Program-made: the position numbers and the translations under genes
The notes under the pieces: model-generated
The model's database searches: none
Seen by the model: the letters and a program-made list of their open reading frames with translations, nothing else
What the model was told of the DNA's origin: nothing
NCBI GenBank assembly: GCA_965248575.1
Contig: CBDFJQ010000002.1
Coordinates: forward strand, 224,001-288,000
Source of the DNA: Planctomycetota bacterium
Lineage (GTDB): Bacteria > Planctomycetota > B15-G4
Direction of reading: 5' to 3'
Length of the DNA: 64,000 bases
Shown: positions 29,876 through 39,301 of the stretch, piece after piece
Position numbering within the stretch: the stretch's first letter is position 1
Layout of the letters: each line of letters begins with the position of its first letter

Positions 29876-31387
29876 ATGCTCGAGACTCACGTCCTCAACT
29901 TCCTGCTGCTGATCCCGGCCGTTACGACGGTGCTGCTGTTCTTCGTGCCGGCCGCGAACAAGTTCGCGTGCCGTGCCCTGAGCGTCGGCGCCGGTGTGAT
30001 CACGCTGCTTCTCGCCGGCTACCTCTACTTCCAGTACGACCAGGAAGTGGGGGGCTTCCAGTTCCTCTACAAGATGGACTGGGTGCCTTCGCTCGGCATT
30101 CAACATCAGCTCGCCGTGGACGGCATCAGCGTCGCCATGGTGCTGCTGACAGGCATCGTCTACACGGCGGGCGCCCTGGTCTCCTGGCAGGTCGACAAGC
30201 GCAGCAAGGATTTCTACATCCTGCTCAACGCCCTGGTGACCGGCGTCTTCGGCGTGTTCCTGTCGATGGACCTGTTCTTCTTCTACTTCTACTACGAGCT
30301 GGCGGTGGTGCCGATGTACCTGTTGATCGGGTACTGGGGTTCGGCGAACCGCGAGTACGCCAGCATGAAGCTGACCCTGTACCTGACGGCAGGTGCGGTG
30401 GTGGCTCTGCTCGGCTTGCTGATGCTGTACTTCTCGGGCATCACCGCGGAGCCGACCTTCGACCTGCTGGCCATCAAGGCAGCGGTGGATGCTGGCGGTG
30501 GCCTGCCCCTGGCGACGCAGAACGTGCTCTTCCCCCTGCTGCTTGTGGGCTTTGCGACCATCGCACCCATGTGGCCGCTGCACACCTGGTCGCCGGGCGG
30601 TCACGCCGCGGCACCCTCCGCAGCCTCGATGATGCACGCCGGCGTGCTCATGAAGCTCGGCAGCTACGCCATCATCCGCATTGCCATGCCGTTGATGCCG
30701 GAAGGCGCCGTGACCTGGCTGCCGGTGGTCGCCGTCTTGTGCAGCTTCAACATCATCTATGGCGGACTGGTCGCCATGAACCAGAAGGACATGAAGTTCG
30801 TCATCGGCTACAGCTCCAGCAGCCACATGGGATATGTGCTACTGGGCATCGCGGCCTTCAGCGACCTGAGCCTCTCGGGCGCCGTCTTCTTGATGTTCGC
30901 GCACGGTGTCATGACGGCCCTGGCCTTCTCGCTCATCGGCTTCTTCTACGAGCAGACGCACACGCGCATGCTCGACGACCTGGGCGGCCTCATGAAGCAG
31001 ATCCCCTTCGTGGGCATCTGCTTCGTGATGATGGCCATGGCCAGCCTGGGCCTGCCGGGCTTCGCCAACTTCGCCAGCGAGCTGATGGTCATCGTGGGCA
31101 GTTGGGAGCGCTATCCGATCCCGACCATCTGCGGCCTGTTCGGCCTGGTGATCGGTGCCACCTATCTGTTGCGCACCGTGAAGGCCTCGTTCTTGGGCGA
31201 GATGGACCCCAAGTGGGAGAAGCTGCGGGACGCCAAAGGCTTCCTGGAACGGGCTCCCTTCATCCTTCTCTTGGCTGTGCTGCTGTTCTTTGGTTTCGCA
31301 CCGTGGACGCTGGTGGACGTGATTTCCACCGGGGTCGAGCCGCTCGTTGACACCCTGCACGCCGCCGAAGCGGCTCTTGGGAGATAG
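29876..31387 (+). CDS. nuoM: NADH-quinone oxidoreductase subunit M
   Basis: YELAVVPMY, WPLHTW, LMKLGSY, SSSSHMG and LGLPGFANF. Confidence 0.96.
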   Translation: MLETHVLNFLLLIPAVTTVLLFFVPAANKFACRALSVGAGVITLLLAGYLYFQYDQEVGGFQFLYKMDWVPSLGIQHQLAVDGISVAMVLLTGIVYTAGALVSWQVDKRSKDFYILLNALVTGVFGVFLSMDLFFFYFYYELAVVPMYLLIGYWGSANREYASMKLTLYLTAGAVVALLGLLMLYFSGITAEPTFDLLAIKAAVDAGGGLPLATQNVLFPLLLVGFATIAPMWPLHTWSPGGHAAAPSAASMMHAGVLMKLGSYAIIRIAMPLMPEGAVTWLPVVAVLCSFNIIYGGLVAMNQKDMKFVIGYSSSSHMGYVLLGIAAFSDLSLSGAVFLMFAHGVMTALAFSLIGFFYEQTHTRMLDDLGGLMKQIPFVGICFVMMAMASLGLPGFANFASELMVIVGSWERYPIPTICGLFGLVIGATYLLRTVKASFLGEMDPKWEKLRDAKGFLERAPFILLLAVLLFFGFAPWTLVDVISTGVEPLVDTLHAAEAALGR

Positions 31388-31393
31388 AGGACC

Positions 31394-32854
31394 TTGGATA
31401 CCTCCCAGATCTTCACTGAGATCTCCGCCGTCTTCGGCATCGAGATGTGGCTCGGCCTGCTGGCCCTGACGCTGATCATCGTCGACCTGATCACGGGCAA
31501 GGGCCGCCTGACCGGCCCCGCCGACATGGTGCGCTTGGTGGGCATGGCCGGCCTGGCCGCGCTGCTCGTCTACAGTTTCAGCGTCTCGCCCAACGAGAGC
31601 GCCGTAGGTTGGGGCACGCTCGACAGCTTCGCCCTGTACTTCAAGCGCTTCTTCATGGGCACGGCGCTCATGACCCTGCTGATTTCGGCGCCCTATGAGG
31701 CCCGTCTGCCAGCGGGCCGCGGTGAGTTTCCCGCCCTGGTGATCTTCACCACCATGGGCATGTGCATGTTGGCGTCCGTGAACGACTTCGTGACGCTCTT
31801 CGTGGGCCTGGAGTTGGTCACGGTCACGCTGTTCATGCTGGCAGCTTGGCGCGCGGGTCTTCCGCGCTCCATCGAGGCGGGCATCAAGTTCGTGATCATC
31901 GGTGCCATCGCGGGCGCCTTCCTGGTCTACGGCACGGCCTTCATCTACGGCACCACCGGGCACCTGGATTTCGAAGGTGTGCGAGCGTTCCTGTCTTCGG
32001 CGGAGACCGTTCCGGCCGGCCTGAAGTTCGGCCTGCTGTTGGTGCTCGTGGCCCTGGGCTTCAAGTTGGGCGCCGTGCCTTTCCACGTCTGGGTGCCGGA
32101 TGTCTACCAGGGTGCGCCGACTCCCGTGACGGCCTTCCTGTCCGTGGGCTCCAAGGCAGCCGGTGTCGTGCTGCTCATGCGCTTCATCTACACGGTGCTG
32201 GGACCGGTGGCCGGGCAGTGGGGCACGCTGCTGGCTGGCCTGGCTGCCCTGACCTTGCTGATGGGCAACCTGGGCGCCATCCCGCAGAAGGACATGAAGC
32301 GCTTCCTGGGCTACTCAGGCATCGCCCACGCGGGCTTCCTGCTGCTGGCCATGGCGGCCCACAGCGAGGCCTCTGCCAGTGCCGTGCTCTTCTACATGGT
32401 CACCTACCTGTTCGCGAACATGGCGGCCTTCCTGGTGATCATCGTGGTCTCCCGGACGCACGACAATGCCAGCATGGACCGCATCAACGGCCTGGCGGAG
32501 CGCTCGCCCTTCCTGGCCTTCGTGCTCATGGTCTCCATGCTGTCCCTGGCTGGCGTGCCGCCCTTCGCCGGTTTCGTGGCCAAGTTCCTGGTGCTGCGTT
32601 CCGCTGTGGCCGACCCCGCCCTGCTGCCGGTGGTCATCCTCAGCCTGGTGATGGTGGTGGTCTCGCTCTACTACTACCTGTGCATCCTCAAGCGCATGTA
32701 CTTCCGTGAGCCGGAGGACACCGGCGTGTTGGAGATCGCTGGTTCGACGCGCCTGATCCTGCTGGTGTGTGTGCTCGCCTCGGTGGGGCTGGGCATCTAC
32801 TTCAACCCGCTGGTGGTTGCGGCAGAGAGCGGCGCGAAGGCCCTCTTCCAGTAG
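31394..32854 (+). CDS. nuoN: NADH-quinone oxidoreductase subunit N
   Basis: EAGIKF, FKLGAVPFHVWVPDVYQGAP, KRFLGYSGIAH and SLAGVPP; TTG start after GAGG. Confidence 0.96.
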   Translation: MDTSQIFTEISAVFGIEMWLGLLALTLIIVDLITGKGRLTGPADMVRLVGMAGLAALLVYSFSVSPNESAVGWGTLDSFALYFKRFFMGTALMTLLISAPYEARLPAGRGEFPALVIFTTMGMCMLASVNDFVTLFVGLELVTVTLFMLAAWRAGLPRSIEAGIKFVIIGAIAGAFLVYGTAFIYGTTGHLDFEGVRAFLSSAETVPAGLKFGLLLVLVALGFKLGAVPFHVWVPDVYQGAPTPVTAFLSVGSKAAGVVLLMRFIYTVLGPVAGQWGTLLAGLAALTLLMGNLGAIPQKDMKRFLGYSGIAHAGFLLLAMAAHSEASASAVLFYMVTYLFANMAAFLVIIVVSRTHDNASMDRINGLAERSPFLAFVLMVSMLSLAGVPPFAGFVAKFLVLRSAVADPALLPVVILSLVMVVVSLYYYLCILKRMYFREPEDTGVLEIAGSTRLILLVCVLASVGLGIYFNPLVVAAESGAKALFQ

Positions 32855-33032
32855 GCGGACGCCGCATTCGGTCAGCTTCCGGATGCGTCTCGTCTCGTGC
32901 AGCGGTTTTGCACGGGTGAGGGGCTTGCGCTGCGGGAGCCCCTGAGCCGCGAACGCTTTTGACTTGTCCTTGAACCGGTCCTCCCGGTGCCGTAGATCGG
33001 TGTCGGTGGCTCAGGCTCAAAGGAGAGTTCCG

Positions 33033-35570
33033 GTGGCGGATCAGGTCTTGTCTGGTGACCCCGAATCCCAGGGGGATGTCGAGGGAACAACAGCGACGTC
33101 AACAGAACCCGCTGGGGAAGAGTCGACGGCTGCGCTGGCCGACTCCTGTGAGAACGATGATCTGTCGGATGAAGATCCGTCGGATGGGCTCACGGGAGAC
33201 GCTCTTGGCTCTGAAGCCGAAGCAGAGCCTCCTCTGGCGGGCCAGCTGGGTGAATCGGCGGACCGGCAGGTGCCGGTGCAGCTGAGCCGCATCAAGGGCC
33301 GGCTCAACAGCCTCGAGCGAGAGGCCATGCGTCGCCGCCGGGGATCCGACGAACTCAGCCTGCTGGACGACAGGCTCGAAGGCGGCCTGGCAGCACACCA
33401 GCGTGAGCTGGAGGCCATCCGCGCCCAGATCCAGTTCCTGCGGCAAGAGAACGCCGAGCTGCGTGAGCGCCTGGTGATCAGCTCGCGGCGCGGGGTGAGC
33501 GGTGTGGCACGGCGTCTGGGTAACAGGTTGCCCAGCGCGGTGCGCGATCCCCTGCGGCACGTTGCCTATCGCTCCCTGGCTCTGGTCCGCCCGCAGAGCG
33601 CCCTGGTCCAGGCCTACCGGCAGTCCGTCTCCACGTCGCGCATGTCCGTGAAGGAGCAGCGCAAGCTGTTCAACAAGGTCATGCAGGGCAAGCAGGAGGG
33701 GAAGTTGGACGTGGTCATGATGCCGGTCATCGATTGGCACTTCCGCATCCAACGACCGCAGCACATCGCGGCCTGTCTGGGCAGCCTTGGCCATCGGGTG
33801 TTCTATCTGACCACGGTCTTCTCACCCTATCCCGGGCGGCCCGGTTTCAACGTCCTGGAGACTCCGGCCAAGAACGTCTTCATCGTGCAGCTGTACTGCC
33901 CGGAGCCTCACCCCGAGAACATCTACCAGCAGCCGCCGAGCGAGGAAGTCTCCCGGGAGCTGGCCGCGGGCCTGACGTTGGTCTACGAGAACTTCCACGT
34001 CGAGCAATCTATCGCCGTGGTGCAGCAACCCTTCTGGACCTCCATCGCAGAACGCTTGCCCGGCACGCTGAAGATCTACGATTGCATGGACTACCACGGC
34101 GGCTTCACCACGCACACCGACGCCATGGGCCGCGAGGAGGACTACCTGCTCAAGTCGGCCGACGTCGTGGTGACCACGGCCCTGGGTCTGTCGGAGCGGG
34201 TGGGGGTGCCGAATGTCGTCATCCGCAATGCCGCCGAGGTCGAGCACTTCACCAAGCAGCCCGCCAAGCTGGCCCTGAAGAAGGACCGGCCCGTGGTGGG
34301 CTACTACGGCGCCATCGCGTCCTGGTTCGACATGGAGCTGCTGGTGGCCATGGCCCAGCGCTTCACGGAGTGGGACTTCGTGCTCGTGGGCTCCACCTAC
34401 GAGAGCGACACGCGCGATGCGGAGATCCTTCCCAACGTGCATTTCACGGGAGAGGTCGCCTACGCTGACCTGCCGGGATACCTCTATGGCTTCGACGTCT
34501 GCACCATTCCGTTCCAGATCACGGAGCTGACGTTGTGTACGAATCCGGTCAAGGTCTACGAGTACCTGTGCGCCGGCAAACCCGTGGTGGCCACGGAGCT
34601 CCCCGAGGTGGTCCAGATGGGACGGCACGTGCATACGGCGGGTACGCACGAGGAGTTCGCTGCGAAGCTCGAGACGGCCATGGCGGAACGCAATGACGAG
34701 ACCCTGATCCAGCGCCGGACCAACTGGGCTCGTCGCCAGAGCTGGGCGCGCCGGGGTGAGGCCTATGAGCAGACCGTGCTGCGCTCCTATCCCAAGGTCA
34801 GCCTCGTCGTGCTGTCGTACAACAACGTCGAGCTGCTGAAGGCCTGTCTGCACAGCCTCGAGAAGTACTCGGACTACCCGAACCTCGAGCTGATCGTGGT
34901 GGACAACGCATCGGATGCTGACACCCAGGAGTTCTTGCGGGAGTACGAGGCGGCGCGCCCTCTGGCACGCATCAGCGACGTGAAGGTGATCTTCAACGAG
35001 GAGAACCTCGGTTTCGCGGCCGGCAACAACGTGGGCATGAAGGAAGCCAGCGGCGAGTACGTCATCCTGTTGAACAACGACACCTATGTGACCCGGGGCT
35101 GGGTACTCGACATGGTGCGTCACATGCGCCGCGACCCCGAGTTGGGGCTGGTGGGGGCCGTCACGAACAACATCGGCAACGAAGCCAAGATCGACGTGGA
35201 CTACGCCAACATGGAAGACATGGCGGTGGCCGCAAGGGACTACACCATGGGCCACGCCCGCCAGCTGTATCCCACGGACAACGTCGCGTTCTTCTGCGTG
35301 GGCATGCGGCGTTCGACCATGGAGCAGGTGGGCCTGTTGGATGAAGACTTCAAGCGCGGCTTCTTCGAAGACGACGACTACTGCAACCGCGTGCGCAAGG
35401 AGGGCTTCAAGATCGGCATCGCCGACGACGTCTTCGTGCACCACCACCTGTCCGCCAGCTTCAACGCCATCGACCAGACTGAACGGCAGAAACTGTTCGC
35501 GGACAACAAGCGACACTACGAATCCAAGTGGGGGCCGTGGAAGGCCCACGCGTACCGTAGGGAATCCTGA
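33033..35570 (+). CDS. Multidomain glycosyltransferase: acidic N-terminus, coiled coil, GT-B (GT4-like) and GT2
   Basis: GTG 33033 after AGGAGA; QRPQH, YDCMD and NPVKVYEY (GT-B); VVDNAS, GFAAGNN, LLNND and FEDDDYC (GT2). Confidence 0.9.
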   Translation: MADQVLSGDPESQGDVEGTTATSTEPAGEESTAALADSCENDDLSDEDPSDGLTGDALGSEAEAEPPLAGQLGESADRQVPVQLSRIKGRLNSLEREAMRRRRGSDELSLLDDRLEGGLAAHQRELEAIRAQIQFLRQENAELRERLVISSRRGVSGVARRLGNRLPSAVRDPLRHVAYRSLALVRPQSALVQAYRQSVSTSRMSVKEQRKLFNKVMQGKQEGKLDVVMMPVIDWHFRIQRPQHIAACLGSLGHRVFYLTTVFSPYPGRPGFNVLETPAKNVFIVQLYCPEPHPENIYQQPPSEEVSRELAAGLTLVYENFHVEQSIAVVQQPFWTSIAERLPGTLKIYDCMDYHGGFTTHTDAMGREEDYLLKSADVVVTTALGLSERVGVPNVVIRNAAEVEHFTKQPAKLALKKDRPVVGYYGAIASWFDMELLVAMAQRFTEWDFVLVGSTYESDTRDAEILPNVHFTGEVAYADLPGYLYGFDVCTIPFQITELTLCTNPVKVYEYLCAGKPVVATELPEVVQMGRHVHTAGTHEEFAAKLETAMAERNDETLIQRRTNWARRQSWARRGEAYEQTVLRSYPKVSLVVLSYNNVELLKACLHSLEKYSDYPNLELIVVDNASDADTQEFLREYEAARPLARISDVKVIFNEENLGFAAGNNVGMKEASGEYVILLNNDTYVTRGWVLDMVRHMRRDPELGLVGAVTNNIGNEAKIDVDYANMEDMAVAARDYTMGHARQLYPTDNVAFFCVGMRRSTMEQVGLLDEDFKRGFFEDDDYCNRVRKEGFKIGIADDVFVHHHLSASFNAIDQTERQKLFADNKRHYESKWGPWKAHAYRRES

Positions 35571-35573
35571 ACC

Positions 35574-36377
35574 ATGTCGGACCTGAAGACAGCGCACCCC
35601 TTGCAGCGGGATCAGAACCTGCTGACGGAGCCCTCTCGCCCCGTGTTCATTCTTGCGTCTCCCTGCTCAGATTCTGCGGCTTTGGCAACGTCCCTTTCCG
35701 CCAGCCCGGACTTCTGGGCGTCCGCCGAGTCGCACCTCTTCTACTCCTTGGCCGGTCCCAATGAAGACGGGCAGGCCAAGCTCTACGCCCTGTTCCAGCA
35801 AGCGAATGCCGACGAATCCTTCTGGTTGACGCAGAATCGCGTGGTCTTCCAGGAGTTCGCCTCCTTCGTGGGGCTCGGGCTGGACCAGATGTTCTTGAGC
35901 CGTTCGAACGGCAAGCGCTGGGTCGAGGCGTCGGTGGAGAACACGCTGATCGGCCCGGACCTGACCTACATGTTTCCGCGGGCGCGCTTCCTGAACATCC
36001 TGCGGGACGGACGGGATGTCGTTTCCCTGATGCTGAAGCAAGGCATGCACCCAGACACGGAGGAGGGTTTCGCAGCGGCCTGCGGGGTCTGGAATGTGTA
36101 CGTGCAGCGCGGCCAGGAGTTCCAGGAGATGTTCCCGGACAAGGTGCTGGAGGTCCGACACGAGCAGCTGACCCACAACGCCGAGTCTCAGGCTCAGTGG
36201 ATCATGGAGTTCCTGGAAGCGCCTAGCGCCTCGGATGTCGCGGCGCACTTCACGCTTCTGGCACGGGAATTCGAAGAACGCCTCTGGCAAGATTGGCCCA
36301 GCGCTCGCCGTGAACAGTTCGTGCAGCTGTGCGGACCGAACATGGAGAACGTGGGTTACGCCTTGGATTGGTTTTGA
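35574..36377 (+). CDS. Sulfotransferase-family protein with degenerate 5'-PSB loop
   Basis: Clear paralog of the next gene (FWASAE, SFVGLGLD, KRWVE, LRDGRDVVS), but the loop reads ASPCSDSA. Confidence 0.75.
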   Translation: MSDLKTAHPLQRDQNLLTEPSRPVFILASPCSDSAALATSLSASPDFWASAESHLFYSLAGPNEDGQAKLYALFQQANADESFWLTQNRVVFQEFASFVGLGLDQMFLSRSNGKRWVEASVENTLIGPDLTYMFPRARFLNILRDGRDVVSLMLKQGMHPDTEEGFAAACGVWNVYVQRGQEFQEMFPDKVLEVRHEQLTHNAESQAQWIMEFLEAPSASDVAAHFTLLAREFEERLWQDWPSARREQFVQLCGPNMENVGYALDWF

Positions 36378-36502
36378 AGCCCCTCCATGCCGTCGCCACG
36401 GTCACCCGGGAGGCGAAACCCCAGAGCTAGAGCTGGGTGCTCAGATCTCCCCGGCCAACACATCAAGACAGCAGGACACAGCAGGAAACGCGGGACACCA
36501 AG

Positions 36503-37378
36503 ATGAACACACCATCAGATTCTGACGACCTCCTCGCGCTGGGTATGGAGGACACCGCACCGAAGCACGACCCGAACCGCTCTGCAGGCGTCTTCGTGAT
36601 CGGCTGCCCTCGCTCCGGCACCAGCGTGCTGTCGTGGTGCCTCGCCGCCCACGACAACTTCTGGACCTCTGCCGAATCGGACTACCTCCTGGAGCTGTTC
36701 GGCTCCATCGACCTGCATAGCGCCTACAAACGGGCCGTCAGTCGGCCGGATGGCGGATGGCTGCAGAAGAACTCGGTGGGCTATCGCGAGTTCGCGAGCT
36801 TCATGGGGCTCGGCGTCGAGCGCCTCTACGAAAGCCGCTCGCAAGGGGCACGTTGGGTGGACTCCACGCCTGGGTACACCCTGATGGCGGAGACGCTGTC
36901 CCTCATGTGTCCTGGGGCCAAGTTCCTGCACATCGTCCGCGACGGCCGCGCCGTGGTGAATTCCATGCTGAACAGCGGCTTCAACACGGATTGGTCCGAC
37001 GACTTCAAGGCCGCCTGTCACACCTGGGTGCGCTACGTCACCACGGGCCGCCGCTTCGTGAAGGCCCACCCCGAGTGCTCTCTTGAGGTGCGTTACTCCG
37101 ACCTCACAGGCCAGCCTGAAGAGACCTTCCAGGGCGTGTTCGGCTTCCTGGGGGATGAGTACTCAGCGAAGGCGGTGAAGCTCATCACTACCAAGCGCAT
37201 CAACTCCAGCTATGGCAACGTGAAGGACGAGGATGTGCGCAAGGCGAAGGACCCTGCCGCTGCGCCCAAGCGTCCCTGGGATCAGTGGTCCGATCGGCAA
37301 GCTGCGATCTTCCAGAAGATCGCCGGGTCCACGATGCTTGAGTTGGGCATGGGTGGAGAGGCTGTCGCCGCCAGCTAG
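36503..37378 (+). CDS. Sulfotransferase
   Basis: VFVIGCPRSGTS (5'-PSB), RWVDSTP, IVRDGRAVVNS (3'-PB) and VRYSDL. Confidence 0.9.
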   Translation: MNTPSDSDDLLALGMEDTAPKHDPNRSAGVFVIGCPRSGTSVLSWCLAAHDNFWTSAESDYLLELFGSIDLHSAYKRAVSRPDGGWLQKNSVGYREFASFMGLGVERLYESRSQGARWVDSTPGYTLMAETLSLMCPGAKFLHIVRDGRAVVNSMLNSGFNTDWSDDFKAACHTWVRYVTTGRRFVKAHPECSLEVRYSDLTGQPEETFQGVFGFLGDEYSAKAVKLITTKRINSSYGNVKDEDVRKAKDPAAAPKRPWDQWSDRQAAIFQKIAGSTMLELGMGGEAVAAS

Positions 37379-37395
37379 TCCGTGAAACTGCCCGC

Positions 37396-38190
37396 CTAGG
37401 CTGGCGTGAGCGGTGGGGGCGGACGAACGCCCCTGCGCTGGTAGTCGTGCAGCACTTCTTTCGCTGGCCCGTCCTGGATCAGCTCCCCCTGGTGTAGCCA
37501 GAGGACGCGCGAGCACAGATCTCCGAGGAAGCGTGCGCTGTGGCTGGCGACCATGACGCAGCGCGCCGATTGGGTGAGTTCTACGAGGCGCGCGTGGCTC
37601 TTCTTGCGGAAGGTGGCGTCGCCCACACCGAGCAGCTCGTCCACCAGCAGGATGTCCGGCTCGAGGACCGAGGCCGAGGCAAAGGCCAGCCGCGCGCGCA
37701 TCCCGGCGCTGTAGTAGCGAACCGGCGTCTCCATGGCCTGCTTGTCCAGCTCGGCAAAGTCTTGCACGCGCTGGATGTGCTCGCCGATGTGCCGTCGTCC
37801 GATGCCATGAATCGCGCCAGACATGCGCACATTGTCGTGACCTGAGAGGTTGGCCGACATGGTGGCCCCGAGCGACAGCAGGACCGACGTGCGTCCGCGG
37901 GTCCTGACCTGCCCCTCGTCCGGTTCATAGATGCCGCTGATGCTGCGCAGCAGGGTGGTCTTGCCCGACCCGTTGTTGCCGCACAGGCCGATGATCGAAC
38001 CCGGGCCCGTCGAGAAGCTCACGTTGCGCAGCGCCCAGAAGGTCGTGGGGTCAGCCAGGTAGGAGTCGGCCCGACCGGGTCGGCTGAACAACGCGCGCTT
38101 GAGCCCCTTGCGGAGCATCGTGCGCCGGCTGCCGCGCGTAAAGGCGACGCCCGCGGAACGGCATTGGATGAGCCAGGAATCAGGAGGCAT
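37396..38190 (-). CDS. wzt: Polysaccharide ABC exporter ATPase (Wzt/TagH-like), no C-terminal extension
   Basis: FWALRNVSF, GNNGSGKTT, YSAGMRARLAF, LLVDE and ASHS. Confidence 0.9.
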   Translation of the reverse strand: MPPDSWLIQCRSAGVAFTRGSRRTMLRKGLKRALFSRPGRADSYLADPTTFWALRNVSFSTGPGSIIGLCGNNGSGKTTLLRSISGIYEPDEGQVRTRGRTSVLLSLGATMSANLSGHDNVRMSGAIHGIGRRHIGEHIQRVQDFAELDKQAMETPVRYYSAGMRARLAFASASVLEPDILLVDELLGVGDATFRKKSHARLVELTQSARCVMVASHSARFLGDLCSRVLWLHQGELIQDGPAKEVLHDYQRRGVRPPPPLTPA

Positions 38191-38192
38191 GG

Positions 38193-39038
38193 TCAGAGCA
38201 TCCGGATGGCGTCATTGCCGAGCCTGCGGAAGAGCCAGTTGCCCAAGGCGAGCAGCGCGAGGGCCCAGAGAGCCGACCAGCCCAAGGCATCCCAGCGCGG
38301 AAACAAGCCGTCGTGAAGGGGTCTTCGGATGCCTTCGAGTACCCCCACCATCGGGTTGACGATCACATACCACCAGCGGTGTTGCTCGGGGATGCGCTCC
38401 AGGCTGTAGAGCACCGGTGTCAGGAAGAAGCCCAGGCGCAACAGCACGTCGTAGACATTGCTCAGGTCCGGCAGCATCACGAAGAGCGGGGACAGCAGGT
38501 ACGAGAGGGCCAGGATCTGGATGCCCATGACGGCGAGCGGGATGGGCAACACGAGCAGAGCCATCGTGAAGGGTCTGTCGTAGATGATCATCATCACCAC
38601 GAGCACCAGGATGCCGAAGACGTTCTCCAGGCTGGCTGCCGCGGCTTGGCTGGTGACGACGACGCGCCGGTTCACCAGGGTGGATGAGAGCATCTGGGTG
38701 CTGCTGACGAAGGCGCCGGCGCCGCGGCGGGTGGCCAGGGAGAACCAGCGCCAGGGGATCAGGGCGCAGGCCAGGAAGAACGGGTACTGCACGCCTTCCG
38801 GCCCTTTGCGCAGGTTAAGCAGGTCGCCGAAGATCAGGGCGTAGACGGCGATCAACGTCAGCGGGTCGATGATCCACCAGACCCAGCCCAGCATCCGCTG
38901 CGAGGTGTAGGCCCGCAGGGAGGCGCCCGTCAGCCGGCGGAACACGCCGAACTGGTGTCGCCATCCACCTGCACCAGGCTGGTGGGTGGCTGGCCCCATC
39001 CCGCTTGCAGCAGGCACGCCAGCTCCTGTCATGTCCAT
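38193..39038 (-). CDS. wzm: Polysaccharide ABC exporter permease (Wzm/TagG-like)
   Basis: LGWVWWIIDPL, FFLTPVLY and NPMVGVLEGIR; about six TMs. Confidence 0.9.
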   Translation of the reverse strand: MDMTGAGVPAASGMGPATHQPGAGGWRHQFGVFRRLTGASLRAYTSQRMLGWVWWIIDPLTLIAVYALIFGDLLNLRKGPEGVQYPFFLACALIPWRWFSLATRRGAGAFVSSTQMLSSTLVNRRVVVTSQAAAASLENVFGILVLVVMMIIYDRPFTMALLVLPIPLAVMGIQILALSYLLSPLFVMLPDLSNVYDVLLRLGFFLTPVLYSLERIPEQHRWWYVIVNPMVGVLEGIRRPLHDGLFPRWDALGWSALWALALLALGNWLFRRLGNDAIRML

Positions 39039-39301
39039 GCTGTGGTCACTGGGCGAGGCCCTCGGGCGGAGAGGACACCCTGAGCGGCATGTCCAGGACG
39101 CATGCTACCGGCGGCAAGCCCCACTCTCAACGACCGCAGCGCCCTGCGGTCGTGTCGCTTGGGCATCCTCCTGCTTCTCCGACGCGCGGCTTCAACGGCC
39201 TGCTTGGATGTGATAACCAAGATGGGCAGGGATTCGACGCCGGGCCTTCCCGGTTGCGACTGCCCGTGCTCCAAACGACTTCCATGGGACCTCACTGAAC
39301 G

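Noticed and set aside
39101..39112. ops-like sequence GCCGGTAGCATG on the minus strand upstream of wzm
   Set aside because: It mismatches the GGCGGTAG core, has no JUMPStart context and no RfaH/NusG paralog is in the window; a TAGCAT -10 box explains it equally well.
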